Origin: Lytechinus pictus
Taxonomy: Eukaryota
DNA: 64,000 bases
Assembly: GCF_037042905.1 (NCBI RefSeq)
Contig: NC_087252.1
Location: forward strand, 22,260,001-22,324,000
Reading direction: 5' to 3'
Shown here: positions 1-13,900 of the stretch, one piece after another
How the letters are laid out: each line of letters starts with the position of its first letter
Numbering within the stretch: position 1 is the first letter of the stretch
The notes under the pieces: generated by a model
Seen by the model: only the letters and a program-made list of their open reading frames with translations
Told to the model about the DNA's origin: nothing
Databases searched by the model: none
Translations under genes and position numbers: made by a program

Positions 1-1672
1 CTGGACATTTCTGGGAGAGGATAGTGGAAGGGAGATTCACGGCAAGAGATTTTCGTGAAAATTTCCGTGTGAACAAGTCGACATTTGATTTTCTGTGTGG
101 TGAGCTAGCACCGGCTATTCGTCGCCAAAACACACGATGGCGTAAAGCAGTTTGTGTCAGAAAGAGAGTTGCCATAACTCTGTGGCGTTTATCCACAAAC
201 TGCGAGTATCGAACAATCGGGCATCTTTTTGGGGTAGCGAGATGTACCGCCAATGTCATCGTCAACGACACCTGCCTTGTAATTGTACAAGAACTAATGA
301 GAAGATATATTACCTTTCCTTCTGGAGATAGATTACGGGCAACTGTTCAGGGGTTCGAGGACATGGGGTTTCCCCAAGTTGCAGGTGCCATTGATGGAAC
401 CCATATCCCTATAATTGGACCTGTTAATTACCATGCTGATTATCATAATCGAAAGGGATGGTACTCTGTCATTCTCCAGGCAGTTTGTGACCATAAGTAC
501 ATGTTCACAGATATCATGGTAGGATGGCCAGGACGCTGCCACGATGCCCGGGTGCTGGCAAACTCTTCTTTTCACCGAAGAGCGGAAAATGGAGAACTGC
601 TTCCAAATGTACGTTTACTTTTAAATCTAATTTATAAAACTTGAATTAAATTTCATTTTATTATTAAAGATTTAAGCCACAAAAGATTATGATAGACTAC
701 AATCATTTAAAATCTCATAGATCTACAAGTCAATAGTAACATGCACATTTCATTTTTTTAAAGGGATAATATAAACAAAGGATTTAAAACAATAAATAAA
801 CCTAGAGAAATCAAGCCTAGAATAAGGGTAGATCTTCTTTTAAAATTTCATAAGTAATAATAGGCTACCATTAGTTTGCTCCACCTATTCATCTAAAAAC
901 ACTGAGGTTTGTGTGATTTTGATATTTCATCAGCAGGGCCATAGCCAGTGTTTGATGTTTGGGGGGCACATACATGTAATTGATCAACGTCCTGGGGAGG
1001 GGTCTATAAGGATGGGTGTGTGATCTTGGGGGGGGGGGGGGCACGTGCCCCCCCCCCCCCCCCTGGCTACGGGCCTGCATGTTCATCAGCATGATCAATG
1101 TGTATTTTAATGAATTAATTTTAATATATATTTTTCTAAACATCTTCATGATATTAAAATAGACCTCTACTTAGTATTGATGTTATTAATATTATTAAAT
1201 GATTATATTTCATTATTATCATTTTCAATACATTGTTTTTGACCAGATGACAAGAAACATCAATGGCCAAGATGTTCCGCTGATGATACTTGGGGACCCT
1301 GCCTACCCACTGCTGCCATGGCTAATGAAAGGTTTTGCCGATAATGGTCGTCTGACTGAAGATCAGACTAACTTTAACTACAGGCTCAGCAGGGCGAGAA
1401 TGGTCATCGAAGGTAGTTTTGGTAGACTGAAGGGGCGATGGAGATGCTTATTGAAGCGCAATGACAGCGCTCTTGAGAACGTAACTAATATTGTTGGAGC
1501 GTGTTGTACCTTGCATAACCTTTGTCAGATGCAGTCCGATGAGCCAGATGACGAGTGGCTTGATGTTGCTCATGAATTACGAGAGTTTCAGCCACCTTGT
1601 CCTTTGCCAAATCAAAGGCCTGCACCATCAGCATCTGTAGTGCGTGATGCTCTTGTTCAGTATGTTAGGTAA
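1..1672 (+). CDS. Harbinger transposase (HARBI1-like DDE_Tnp_4 nuclease), 5'-partial; exons <1..608 and 1247..1672
   Basis: Motifs FRENFR, LWRL...[62 protein letters not shown] phase-0 intron gtacgt(609)...tttttgaccag(1246) joins ELLPN to [11 protein letters not shown] in frame. The frame is open from position 3. Confidence 0.93.
934..1077. mobile_element. Small hAT-like MITE in the transposase intron
   Basis: TIRs cagggccatagccag / ctggctacgggcctg with G/C homopolymers inside. ttcatcag lies before it and again 4 nt after it (imperfect TSD). A related end, cagggccgtagccag, occurs near 62826. Confidence 0.65.
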
Positions 1673-3190
1673 CTTTTTTTATGCATTTCTTCAACCACTG
1701 TTAATGATATTCCACAGGTGTAAACAGAGCCTCAAATGAACTCATTCATTCGGTTAGTCAATGACCCCCCCCCCCCCCAACCCCCGCCCTCATGATTGAA
1801 AATGTTATGTAGCCTCTGTTTTGTAATGTAAAACAGTTATCAAGAATAGAGTTTTCTCTCTTGGACATTTCTCTTTGTTTTTCCTTTTTAATTATTAATT
1901 TATGTTAATCATTCATAATAGACTATTGAGAAAATGCAAATCTGTTATTTTTTTATAATCCATTTTAAAGTAGATGGTTGGCCTTTTTGTAATGAATAAT
2001 CTTTTTTTTTTTTAATAATATGCTTTTATTTCACCAAGTCATTTGTTTCATATTTTACTATACAGAGTGATGAAAAAGTAGTAAATTTAAGGTAGGCCTA
2101 TGGCAGATAAGATTATCAGGGCCAGAAGATTGTCAATTAATTAGAATGATTTTTTTTTCTTCTTTGTATCAGTCTCTTTCCCAATCCATGGATACAGTAA
2201 GACTGGGTTTATGTTATTGTCAACCATAGCTGGGGGCTTTAGGTATGCATAGCAGAGGTTAATGTATGCACTGACATAGCAATGCATCTGACCAGTAGCA
2301 TAGCACACTGCAATCTTCTTTTCATCTTGTGTTTCTTCCCTGTTATGACTGACATAAGTTTAAGTGTTTTAAAACCGAATATTCAAATTCAAATTCATTT
2401 GCCTATATGATCTACAAGTGATGAACACATTTTAACCATCTTATCCTGTGCCCATTCAAAAGCCAGTTTTGTGTTATGTTATTTCATTTGAGGTAAAATG
2501 CAGTTGTATTGTTATTTTTTCAAGCAAATATAGTGCCAGAAGCATTATTTTTTTTCTTGTTGTCCATGTGACTTTCTTGCTATTTCATCAATGCGATAAT
2601 TTATATCAATCATTAATCTTAAAAGATGCACTTTAAACTTGACACCAGCATGCCTCATCATGGGAAGATGAATTAATTTTGTTTAGGGTTATGTAGGTCA
2701 AAGGACACAGAGGTTAATACACATGAAACATTACCTATTTGTAGTTCTTTTATCATAATATCTTGTACTATTTGCTTCTTGTATTCAATGTGCTAACAAG
2801 TATTCATTTGGAGAGGAATTTCAAACAAAGGTTACAGAGGTAAATGTATAATGTATATAAAACAATACCAGATAAACATGATTTATCTTCAAACCCATGT
2901 GGATAAGTAGTAATTGCTTGGGGGCAGGCGCAAGTGGTCATTATCTCTTTAGCTATGTGATTATATTGGATTGTATTCAACCACTATGAAATAGCTGTTT
3001 TGTACATATATGTCGTTTTTTCTTCTCTAACCACTTTTAGTTCAAAATTGTTAGGTATTTTCTGTGTATATGTTAAATACAACATGCCTCCGATAATGAA
3101 TAAAAAGAAGAAAAAACATCAAGAATTCAGCTAAGGGTCTATCCTATTATTTCTGTATTATAACACTCTAAAAGCAAACCAATCTAAATT

Positions 3191-3314
3191 GGAATCAAAT
3201 GGGGACATATTTGTTTCTATTCTTATTTAGAATAGATTCTATTCATCTTTTTCCTTCAGATTCTCTTCAATTCTGAGAATTTGAATAGAAACTAATATGT
3301 CCCCATTTGATTCC
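3191..3314. repeat. Short inverted repeat (MITE remnant)
   Basis: ggaatcaaatggggacatatttgtttctattc ... gaatagaaactaatatgtccccatttgattcc. Confidence 0.7.
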
Positions 3315-4374
3315 TATTCATATTTGATTAGTTTGTTTAGAAAACACATTAAGTACATGTCAGTGGCAGACACAGAAATCTTGGGGGGGGGGGGTACCCC
3401 AGGTGTTATAGTTTGTCTTGTTGATGTCCATTTTTTTCTGGGGGGGGGGGGCTGGAACATGTATCATTGTCCATTTAACATTGTAGAATCAAAAGGTAAT
3501 ATTTTTTATTTAAAAAAAATTTAAACAAATTATGAAGTATAAAGATACAGAATTTAAACAAAAAGTTTCATAGTACATGTACCAAAAAGGCAATTTAGGT
3601 CACTATATTACAACATTATTTTGACTGACATGGGGTGTAATATAGAATTTTGTTGGGCCTGTAAATGCTTAAATATTCCAAGAGGGACTATTTTTCTGCA
3701 AAGCATGTAGTGTTTGGAAAATGTGATGTTTTCCAAAGAGGAGAAATTAATACCCGAGATGCCAAGATATGTTATCTTTCAACTCTTGCAAGATGACATA
3801 TGGCACCTCTATTATTATATTCTCTTAGGATTAAATCACACTTTCCTTGACTCTATAAGCTTTGCAAATACATGTATATATAAGATAGTCTTTTTTGTTA
3901 AAGAGCCGATTTGCTTTGAACGATCAAAATAACATCCATATTTTGTTTGCATTGTTTCGCAAATCCCCATGAAAAGCATGCTCAGCCAATCATTTGACTG
4001 GATCTAGGTAGACAATGTATTAACAGAGGTAAAGGTATAGGGTTAGGTCACACATGCAATCAGGCAAGAAGACTGGAAATATACCAAACAAATTATTTAT
4101 TATTCAGAGAATAATGAACACGTACATAAAAAGTAAAACATAAAAGTGCAATATTTGCATAATGCATTCACAAAGTGCAATTTTCTTTACATAGTAACTG
4201 AAAAGTTATAAAATATACCACAATTATGTCCTGAGTTTAAATTAGTTGGCACTATCGAAAGGCAGACTTTGGTAACGTTTTATTGCCAATATACAGTTTC
4301 TTTCTTAATAAATACAAAGAAAAGGGGGGAAAAGTTTTTGAAAAGTACTGCAAATGCAATGATGACAAACAAAA

Positions 4375-5024
4375 ATGTAGACATGTGTGATAAAATAGCA
4401 AATAGACTTTGAAACTTTGTGTGAATGCATATGTATATAACCCATCTTATACATGTAATTGCAAGATAACAAGTACTGACAAAAACAAACAGTTAAAAAA
4501 TATAATACTTTACACTTTCAAGTTGTGACTCAACTTTCTTTGGCAATATCACATTGGTACAAAATGAGGGTTGGCAGCGTTTGATATAGATCTTATTTAA
4601 GAACAATAAAACATAGTCATTTGAAAGGTATGTATATAATAGAAGATCAAAATAAAAATGGAATGTTTATATATATATACTGTATATGTACAAAAGTTCA
4701 CATGTAGAAATGTGTGCTTAAATAGCAAATAGACTTTGTAACTTTGTGTGAATGCATATGTATATAACCTGTTTTATACATGTACAGTAATTGCAAGATA
4801 ACAGGTACTGACAAAAATGAGCAGTAAAAAGATATAATACTTTACACTTTCAAGTTGTGACTCAACTTTCTTTGGCAATATCAAATTGGTACAAAATGAG
4901 GGTTGGCAGCGGTTGATATAGATCTTATTTAAGAACAACAATAAAACATAGTCCATTCAAAAGTTATGCATAGAATAGAAGAAAAAATAAAAATGAATGT
5001 TTATATACAGATGTACAAAAGTTC
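4375..5024. repeat. Direct tandem duplication, ~327-bp unit x2
   Basis: atgtagacatgtgtg..aaatagcaaatagacttt at 4375 recurs at 4702. Both units end atgtacaaaagttc. Confidence 0.85.
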
Positions 5025-5384
5025 CAATAGCAAGTAAATGGTTACTTGATGTAAAAAAGAACTACATAAAAACAAAGTTATATGTTTATAAAAATCTATA
5101 AGTGCTAAGAACAAAAAGTACTAACATCTACAATTTACATGTAAATTCCCTTGCCCTTGGCAATGATTCTGGCAGCACTGAGATGGATGGCTAAGTAAAA
5201 ACAAGGGTTTCAGCATGGCAAGAGTACAGGTGAATGATATGCAGCAACAAGTACTGAGGAAAGAAATTGTGATGAACAAAAATCCTGAAAAGTGTCATCT
5301 CATATGACAAATACATGTTTACCACCGTGGGAATTCCAAACACACACACTCCTCCACTTGAAGAATGCATTATGTTTGTAACAA

Positions 5385-7040
5385 TTACAGTGGAGTGTAA
5401 TCGTGATTGTAGGGCCAGGAATTTGGAGACCGCTCTGGACCGGACTGGGAGTTGTTTCCCTGTTGCTGCCACATTGAAGTTGACGACTGCCGCATACCAG
5501 CCATTAAGGCCTGAAGCATTTGGAGTTGATGCTGTCTATCACGTTCTTTTTCTTGCTCTCTATGCTCCCTCTCTTCTCTTCTCCTCCTCTCCTTCTCCTC
5601 TAGTTTTTTTTCTTCAGTACGCTGTGCCTTCATTAGGAGCTCACGCTCCCACTCCATTTGGCGCTGCATGAACCGATCCTCCCTAGCATTGAAGGCATTT
5701 GTACTGTCCTCCTCCAGTGTCTTTATCTCCTTGGCTATCAGTCCGAAGGACTCCTGCAGCTTTGATTTCTTCCGCTTTTCCCCTGTTATGAAGTAGGTAG
5801 TATAAAATACATCGTAAATAAAAAAAAATCAATCAAATGTGATAGCGGTAAGAAAGGTATACAATCATTTTATTTCTTTCAACTTGTTACACACATACTT
5901 TTCTGTATTTGACATAAGGCATGCAATATCACACTTCTAATAGCTAATACAACAAATCAAGTGAGAAAACCTTGAGTTGCAAAAAAAAATCATACTGCAT
6001 GAAAGCAACATCAACGGGATGTAAAAGGCCCCTTTTCTTGAAAATTTGCTGAATCGAATTCAAATATCATATGAACTATAAATAAGCAAATGTATGGAAA
6101 CAATCTGTTTATATTACCAGTTGCCTTACGTCCATTAGCAGATGATGTTGAAGGTCCCTCTAGATCCTCCGGTGGAAAATTGCCAACTAAAGAAAATGAG
6201 GGATAGAAAAGCGATTACAATAAGTGACTACAATAATAAACATTTCATTTTTATGCATAAAATGAAGGGGAACTAATTTTTATGTTGTTATGTGTCACTG
6301 AAGTAAAAACATTTTAAAACAAAGGCTAACTTTCAATACATTTTTATTTTATTAAATTCAAATCAGTTCCTTTCATATTACTCAGTATAAAATGATACAT
6401 CAAGACAATATAATGATACCAATAATGTTTATTTTAAATGCTCACACTGAGAGGGTAAGAGCCAAAAAGGATTAGTCTTTATAATTACACATGTATATAC
6501 AAATAAACATGTATATGTGATTACAAATGAAAAAAGGAAGAGGAATCCTTTACCCAATTCTGTTGGTGCTTCCACATCATTTTCCTCCAGTTCATCATCC
6601 GTTATACTTCTATCTTCTTCGGCTCCATCCTCCTCCTCCTCTCTCGGCAGTGAATCAGAGTCCACCGAGTCTAGCGACTCAGATTGATCCTCCTCCTCTG
6701 GTTGCGACGCCAGAATGGCAACTGGTGCAGTCTCTGGTCTGCCCCCAAAGATCTCCTGCAGTTCGCTATAGAATTTACATGTAATTCTCCCCCTGCCTGA
6801 TCGATTGTTATTGTCCTCCGTCTTTCGGAAGGACGCTCTTAGTTGTTTAATTTTCCGCTTGATTTGGTCCTCTGCCCTTTCGAACCCCCTTTCTTTCATC
6901 AATTGGCATATCTTACGAAATACCGTTTTGTTCCTTACTGTGCCATCCATCTGTTCTTGAATGTTTTTCTCCCGCCAAATATTCAGGAGGCACAGCGTCT
7001 CCACATCTTCCCACAGACTCCCTCTCCCTGTTGGTGCCAT
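5385..7040 (-). CDS. Harbinger Myb/SANT-like (trihelix) DNA-binding protein, 317 aa; exons 7040..6554, 6186..6118, 5782..5385
   Basis: N-terminal WEDVETLCLLNIW...RNKTVFRKI...QIKRKIKQLR...CKFYSELQEIFG, then an acidic linker and a C-terminal E/R-rich coiled coil. Two phase-1 GT-AG introns (gtaaag...ctttag; gtaata...taacag) give a continuous 954-nt frame. Confidence 0.9.
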
Positions 7041-8799
7041 TTTGATCTAAAATGAGAGAACAAATACAAATACAAATTAATAATGGTAACCACAAAGATT
7101 ACGATGTGGTAAAATTATTATATAAAATTATGTGTAACATCTATTAATCACCTTTTAGGATTTTTGATCTTGTCAACAACTTCTCTTGTCAGGGGACAGT
7201 TGACATGAATATCATCAAAAATTCAAATTTAATGATTCAGATTGATCGACCACCTAGATATATGAAGGCCCTTCTCCCCCTGCTATGTAACATTTGATGA
7301 TCGATGGACAAATTATTCCGCTAAAGTTCCATATGTACCCATCACTAAAATTGAATAAAACAATTGAAAAATATGGGTATGACTTAGAATGACATAACTA
7401 ATATAAATAAAGTATACAAAATATGGGAAATCACTTTCTAAAATAACTATCTAGAAATCCATATAGTATACAAAATATGGGAAATAATATTCTAAAAATC
7501 TATCAAGTCCATCAAGATAAACTCCTACAGCTCGGCAACTAACACGTGGCCAGCCGCTGATCTCTGAATACCGGTGGAAGAAGAACTTATTCATACTTTA
7601 TTTACAAGTTTCTTTTGTTATCATATCACGTGTTAATCTGTTAATGTATACAATTTTTAATACAATTTGCTTCTAGTGATAATTTTAGAGACGGTTTAAT
7701 GATCATTTAGAGATGGTAGGCCTAGAGTGTTAATTATAGAGACAGTTAATACTATAATAGTAAGGTACGCAGAGTCTGTTACAGCTAGGGTTAGGGTTCG
7801 CAGACCCCGGCGTCCATCCTAGAGTACGCGGCCTCCTGATGACTTTGGTTGGTTAGGGATAGGACTTCGAAGTTAGAGTTGTGTATATTATTGTACTGTA
7901 ATCTGTATTAACATTGTTTTATGCACTCACCGCTAGAATCTACTTATTTTAGTCTACTTCTTTTTTGTGGGGATTTTACAGGCAGACACTATTTTATATG
8001 TAGATCTAGACCCTACTCATTTGTTTCAATGTCTAGCGACATATTTCATGTCCAATTTCTGACTATGTGCGACTCCGACTGAGTGGATTATTGGCATTTG
8101 AAATAATTAATGGCAATTGTCTAGTTTCATGTCTCATGGCCTGGCCTGCCCCTGGCCATGCCTTCAAAATCAAAGTTAAATACTTCATCAAGTTCATGCC
8201 TCATGATCATGATGACTTTGTTTGAGGCATAAGATGATGTATTAACTCTGACAGTCTGACTCCGAGTCTGATGATGATGAGTCATAATTTCATAATCATA
8301 TGAGAAAAATTATGACGGCTCATGATGTATGGCACTCCTGTCCAGGCTATTGTTTTTAGTCTGTCTATTAGTATTGATAAATTATCATCGCCAACAAAAA
8401 AATAATGATCATTCTTCAGATGGTGCAATCACAGTAGCGATGTATTTAAAAACATCGAAATAAACAGGAAATGATCAGACGATCGAAAATCATAATTCCC
8501 AAACCCACAGAAATATAGGGATGGGACTGAATTACAAGTCACCATCACTCATCAGTTCTGTTCGGAGAAAATACCAGGAATAAACGGTTTAAACTTTTAG
8601 CCCACCAGTACAGAATATGTCGTGTCTTAGTGCAGGCTGCTGGATATGAGGAAATTAAAATTTAAAGCAATAAATGATGAAAAACAATGTAATTTTACGC
8701 TCGGGGCGAGGCTTACCTATAATATATACTGCATGCCTGGTCCAAATGGCAAAAGCGCGCCCGGCCGATGCATTGTTGATGATGACAGGTCGCGTCACT

Positions 8800-9020
8800 T
8801 CCGCTTATAAGCCGGCGCCGAGTCCACTTTGGTGTTACACCTACCGATTGCGGGACTGAGTCCGGACTCGGGCCGGCCTCAAACCACATCCAGAGGTGGA
8901 CTGAGTCCACCTGGCCTCAGTCCGGCCTCAGTCCGGCTTTTCAAAAAAAGTTGATGTTACACATACGTCGAGCCGCCTCCGGGGCCGGCCTCAGTCCACT
9001 TGCAAACGTATGTGTAACAG
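8800..9020. repeat. Harbinger subterminal repeats, candidate Myb-protein binding sites
   Basis: Clustered ctcagtcc / gactgagtcc / ggccggcctc motifs. tgttacacatacg (8956) is inverted relative to cgtatgtgtaaca (9007-9019). Confidence 0.6.
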
Positions 9021-10959
9021 GGGTCATACTTGAGATTTAACTTTTGTCATCATTCTATGACTAGCATCACAAACTACTTTCAAAGCACAGAAGGAATAGA
9101 AAATAAAATAATTAATTAGTAATGCCCAATTTATTACCACCTTGACACACACAAAAAAACGACATGCATTTTTGAATGTTTTGCTTCCTGTCCAAACTCT
9201 GTGAAGTTAATAAATATTGCACGAACTTGCTATTCTCATTAGGTGTAGTAAAGACTTGATTAAAAAGAATTAGGAAAAAAATATTTATTAGCATGAAGAT
9301 GATGGCATACATTGTAAACAACTGCACTGTAACAGAGTGACTGTAACACCGTGACTTCTGAACTGCGTGTACAAAACCTTTGGATAATCTTGTAATCTTT
9401 AGAACTCATAGTATTACTCCTCTATGTGCTATGTATCAATCATAATCTCTCCTAAGAGGATGCTTTCATCCGTACACATTAAGTGAAAGGGATTGAATGC
9501 TATATCTGACACAAAAGGTTAAGTGCATCAGTGTGTATGGCACTTGAAGTAGAAAGAAGGTAAAATAAAGATTGTTTAATTACAAATAGTAAAAATAATT
9601 AAAACTTTACAATGTAACACCGTGACATTTTAATTTCATATTACTTTATAAAAGTTAATTATTGACTGTAGATTTAAAGACATAATTTCTATTTGCAATG
9701 TTGAAAGCTTTTAATTGTAGATTAGGGAATATTTTTATGGAGTTTACAAAGAAAATTACATTACTGTAGGCCTAATTAACTTTAACATTTTTAATTCCCG
9801 TTAATCAGCATTGGGAAAACTGAAAAAAACAAACATTATTTTTGCTTGTCCCTAATAACAGGATAAAAGAAATGTGCAAAATCGTTAAAAATTTATAAGA
9901 ATACAACTAAAATGGATAAATGACAATAATCATGAGTTAATTTATACTATTGCTTCATGATTCATGAACAGTAATGTTACTAGATTTTACATTTAAAACT
10001 CAATACATTAATGTAATCTTTTGCACTGAACTTATTGATAATAAGTCATGTCTAGAATTATGATTCATGCATATGTATGTATATTTTACACTCAGGCTAA
10101 GTCAAAATGTTTGATCGCTGTTAAAATGACGGTTAAAAAAATAATTACTGTGTGACTGTGCCTATAAAATGTTGGTGAAATTTCACATTAAACATATTAA
10201 GTCATGAAATTTAGTATCTATTTTCCATATTTCCTTGAAATTATTTTTAATTAGTTAATACCTTTATCAAGAAAATGAAGAAGACATGTACATGTAGGCC
10301 TAACCGGGGAGGCCTAATTCCCCTTTTTACTCTAAAATATCATTTTCAGTTGATGATTACTTATCTACCTACATGAAAGTCTATAAGTGGGACCACAATA
10401 TATAGTCCCACATATTATACTGCATCATTTCTATAATTTGGCTAATCTTGTGTGTCCTTCCGTTTGTTTGAGGGCGCTTTTCTCCGTGGTTTTCCACTTA
10501 ATCGAGCTCCTGGAATTTTTTCTAAAAATGGTTAAATTGTTCACAGATTGTCATGAGGCGGTTTGTTTGTGGTATTTTGGTCGCATTATTTAATTTATTT
10601 TTTTTACAATTCGCAACTTTTTTTGCATTCCTTTTCGCAGCCCCGAGTATAGCTTCTAAGTTCCCAGTAACTTTTACCTCTCACGGGTCAGCGAAATACG
10701 TGCAATCATGTCGACCATCGACCGGGGAGCGAATATATTTTCCATACATGGAAACGCAATGGTACATGAATTATTCATAAGTTTAGCTAAAAAACTGAAG
10801 TGCGCAGGCGCATGGACTGTGGACTGCTGTAGTTCTAATGCTTCATGAATTTGTACATGAACAAATGGACGAGCCCACTCTTGTAATATACATAAATTAA
10901 TGGACTCCATCCCAATCTCCCCGCTTTCTCAAGTTTCGATTTCTCCCCCCCCCCCCCCC

Positions 10960-13900
10960 CGATCCAATACAAAGGACTCTGGTGGAGACTTTGGTAGTGA
11001 ACTTAAATACAGTTTCATTATACAGGTCGGTGCCAGCTAGGCAGGTAAATGAACAGACATGGTATCCATGTTGCGCGAGGTGTATGAAGTGCTTAGATAT
11101 CAATACTGATATCGTAACACCCCCTTCTTCTCATAAGATTGAGAGTTTCAAATTTCAATGATATTGTTTTTAAACAATACTTGTGGTAGTCTGCAAATTT
11201 TGGTAATTTGGCTTAGTTATGATATATCAGATAGTAACGTAGAAATTGTTAGGTTTGTGAGAATAATATCAATTTGTGATAAACTGTATGATCTTCAATT
11301 TTACATAACTTCAATCTTGTGCAAAACTGAAAATAATTTGGATAACCGGATTGATCCTGAAATCAATATTTCCAAACAATAGATTTTGGCTATAGTGTCA
11401 TTTCATAATTCAAATTCAAATTCATTCAAATTTCATAAACACTATCTTGACATACCAAAAATAATGTAAAATGATTATACATGCATATAACATGGACCTA
11501 TTACTAATGTCTTCAGTGTTGTTCTTCTTTCTTCTCTTTCTCTTCTTTGTTTGAGAGTTTAGAGTGTTCACAATGTTCAATCTTCAAACATGAATCTCTC
11601 TGGTTTGCGAATAGTGCGTCCAGACCTCGTAGTTTGTGAGTATGTCTGTTGAGATTGATTAACGTTAGAGTTGGACATTGGTGTTTGTTGGACGTTGTCT
11701 TCCTCTGGTTGAGTTTCTGTTGTGTGGTCTTCGTCGAATCTCACACGCTTCGGAGTTGGGTTGGTGGATATAACTTCCCTCAAGTGAGATCTATTTCTCC
11801 TCAAGATTCCTCCGTTCGGCATTAAAACTTCGTAGGATCGAGGTTCTTCACAGACCTTGGATACCTTTGCTGGTATCCAAGTGTTGTCTCTTGGATGCAG
11901 AACCCTCACTGGCTGTTCTACATGCAGTGGGGGCAAATCAGAACTTGCATGTCGATCATGCACTTCCTTCATTTTGTCTTGCCTATTCAAGAGAAACTCG
12001 GTGGCAGCAGAATCTCTCGAAAGATAGTGACTTGGCAATGTGGTTCTGATGGGTCTTCCAAACAACATCTCTGCTGGTGATCTCAAGTTATTGTCAACTG
12101 GTATTGCTCTCATGTGCATCATGGCTAGCTGACTGTCTTGGCTAGTTTGAAAACACTTCGTCAACAGATTCTTGATTGTACGAACCATTCTCTCCGCTAA
12201 TCAGTTGGATCTTGGATAGTGCGGTGAAGAAGTGATGTGCTTTATATTCCACTTCTTGCACATGTCTTGAAATGGTTTCCCGATAAATGGTGGACCGTTG
12301 TCGGACAAAATCTCTTCTGGTGGACCGAACAGACTGAAGATTACCGTTATCTGTCTTGCTATAGCTGCACTGGATCGGTTAGCTTAGCAATGATCGGATA
12401 CTTGGAGTAGTAGTCAGTAACGAGTAGATACTCTTGTCTATTGAGCATGAACAAGTCGGTTCCCAGTCTGGTCCATGGTGCTGGTGGTACATCATGGGGA
12501 TGCAGTGGCTCTTTCTGCTGTCTTGCTTGGTGTTTCTGGCATGTTTCACACTGCTTTATCAACTGATCAATGTCCTTGTTGATGTTTGGCCAGAACACTG
12601 TCTCACGAGCAAGTCACCTCGTGCTTTCGATTCCCATGTGTCCTAGGTGAAGCTGTCTAAGAATGTCATTCCTTAGTGTCTTCGGTATGATGACTTGACT
12701 TCCCTTGAAGAGTACTCCGTGTGATACTCCGATGGTCTCAGGCCATCCCTGAGTGACTATTTGCCATAGTGATCTGAGAACAGGATCATTAGCCGTTTCT
12801 CACTGAAGCTCTGTTCTCTTGTGTATATCAAGTCAATCTGGTGCGAATCTTCGGCTTCAGAGCAGATGGATTCCATTCTGACATCTAGCGGAACATCGCG
12901 TGCTTCCTTGGGATAAGGAAGCCGGCTCAAGGTATCGGAAAGAATCATGTCTTTTCCTGGTCGATACTTGACTTGACATCGGTATCCTTGGACTTTAATA
13001 AGCAATCTCTGTAGACGTGGTGGTGCACTTCTAAGAGGTTTCTTCCATGTCATCTTCAATGGTCTGTGATCTGTTACGACGGTGAATTCCTTCCCGAACA
13101 GATATGTATGGAAGCGGTTGATACCAAAAACTAGGGCTAAGGTTTCCCTCTCTATGTTGGAATAGTTGGACTGTGCAGTGGAAAGACTTTTGGATGCAAA
13201 TGCAACTGGTTTGCCTTGCTGGAGCAGGCATACTCCTAGCCCTTCAATCGATGCATCTACCTCAAGAGTTTCTTTGGGTCATAGTATTGTAGACATGCAC
13301 CTGATGATACTGCACGTTTCAGGCTGTTCAAGGAATGTTCATGATCATCATCCCAGATGAATGGTACTTCCTTGTGTAGAAGTTCTCGAAGACTTCTCTG
13401 AGAAGTTAGGCATGTATGCTGCTAGGTATTTGAATAATCCTAGGCATCTCTGAACATCTTCCTTGTCCTTGGGTGATGGCATTGATGTGATAGCTTCTAC
13501 CTTGCTCGGATCTGGGTAGATACCTGATCTAGTGTACTACTGATTCCAACTTTGGACCGTAAATTGCTTTGGCGGTACGTAATGTGATAGTGTTAGCACT
13601 TGCCCCGAGTCCACTTGTAGGTAAAGCTCTCTGTGGGCATATTATGTCAATGTTAGCAAATGCTACAGTACCTTCTGGATTTACAACTGTGTCATCAATT
13701 TTATCGATTTTAAAATGCTCAAAATCACTTTTTGACCAAAGTAAAGTACGTTTCAGGTCATTTCAAGCATTTCAAAAATTTGGACCACATGGACCACATG
13801 TGGTCCATTAGTGTGTGGTCCATTAGTGTGTATGGTGTCGAATTGTGCTACGTTGAATGGACTATCTGTAGATTGAAAATGATCATGATATGTGCTAGTA

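Larger units (their letters stand above)
1..9023. mobile_element. PIF/Harbinger DNA transposon, right portion (left end outside window)
   Basis: Carries a HARBI1-type DDE transposase and a Myb/SANT protein in convergent orientation. GC-rich subterminal repeats at 8800-9020 end in ...cgtatgtgtaacagggg(tc). The flank from g9023 matches an uninterrupted empty site at g23679 in the duplicate copy. Exact end uncertain by 1-3 nt. Confidence 0.9.
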
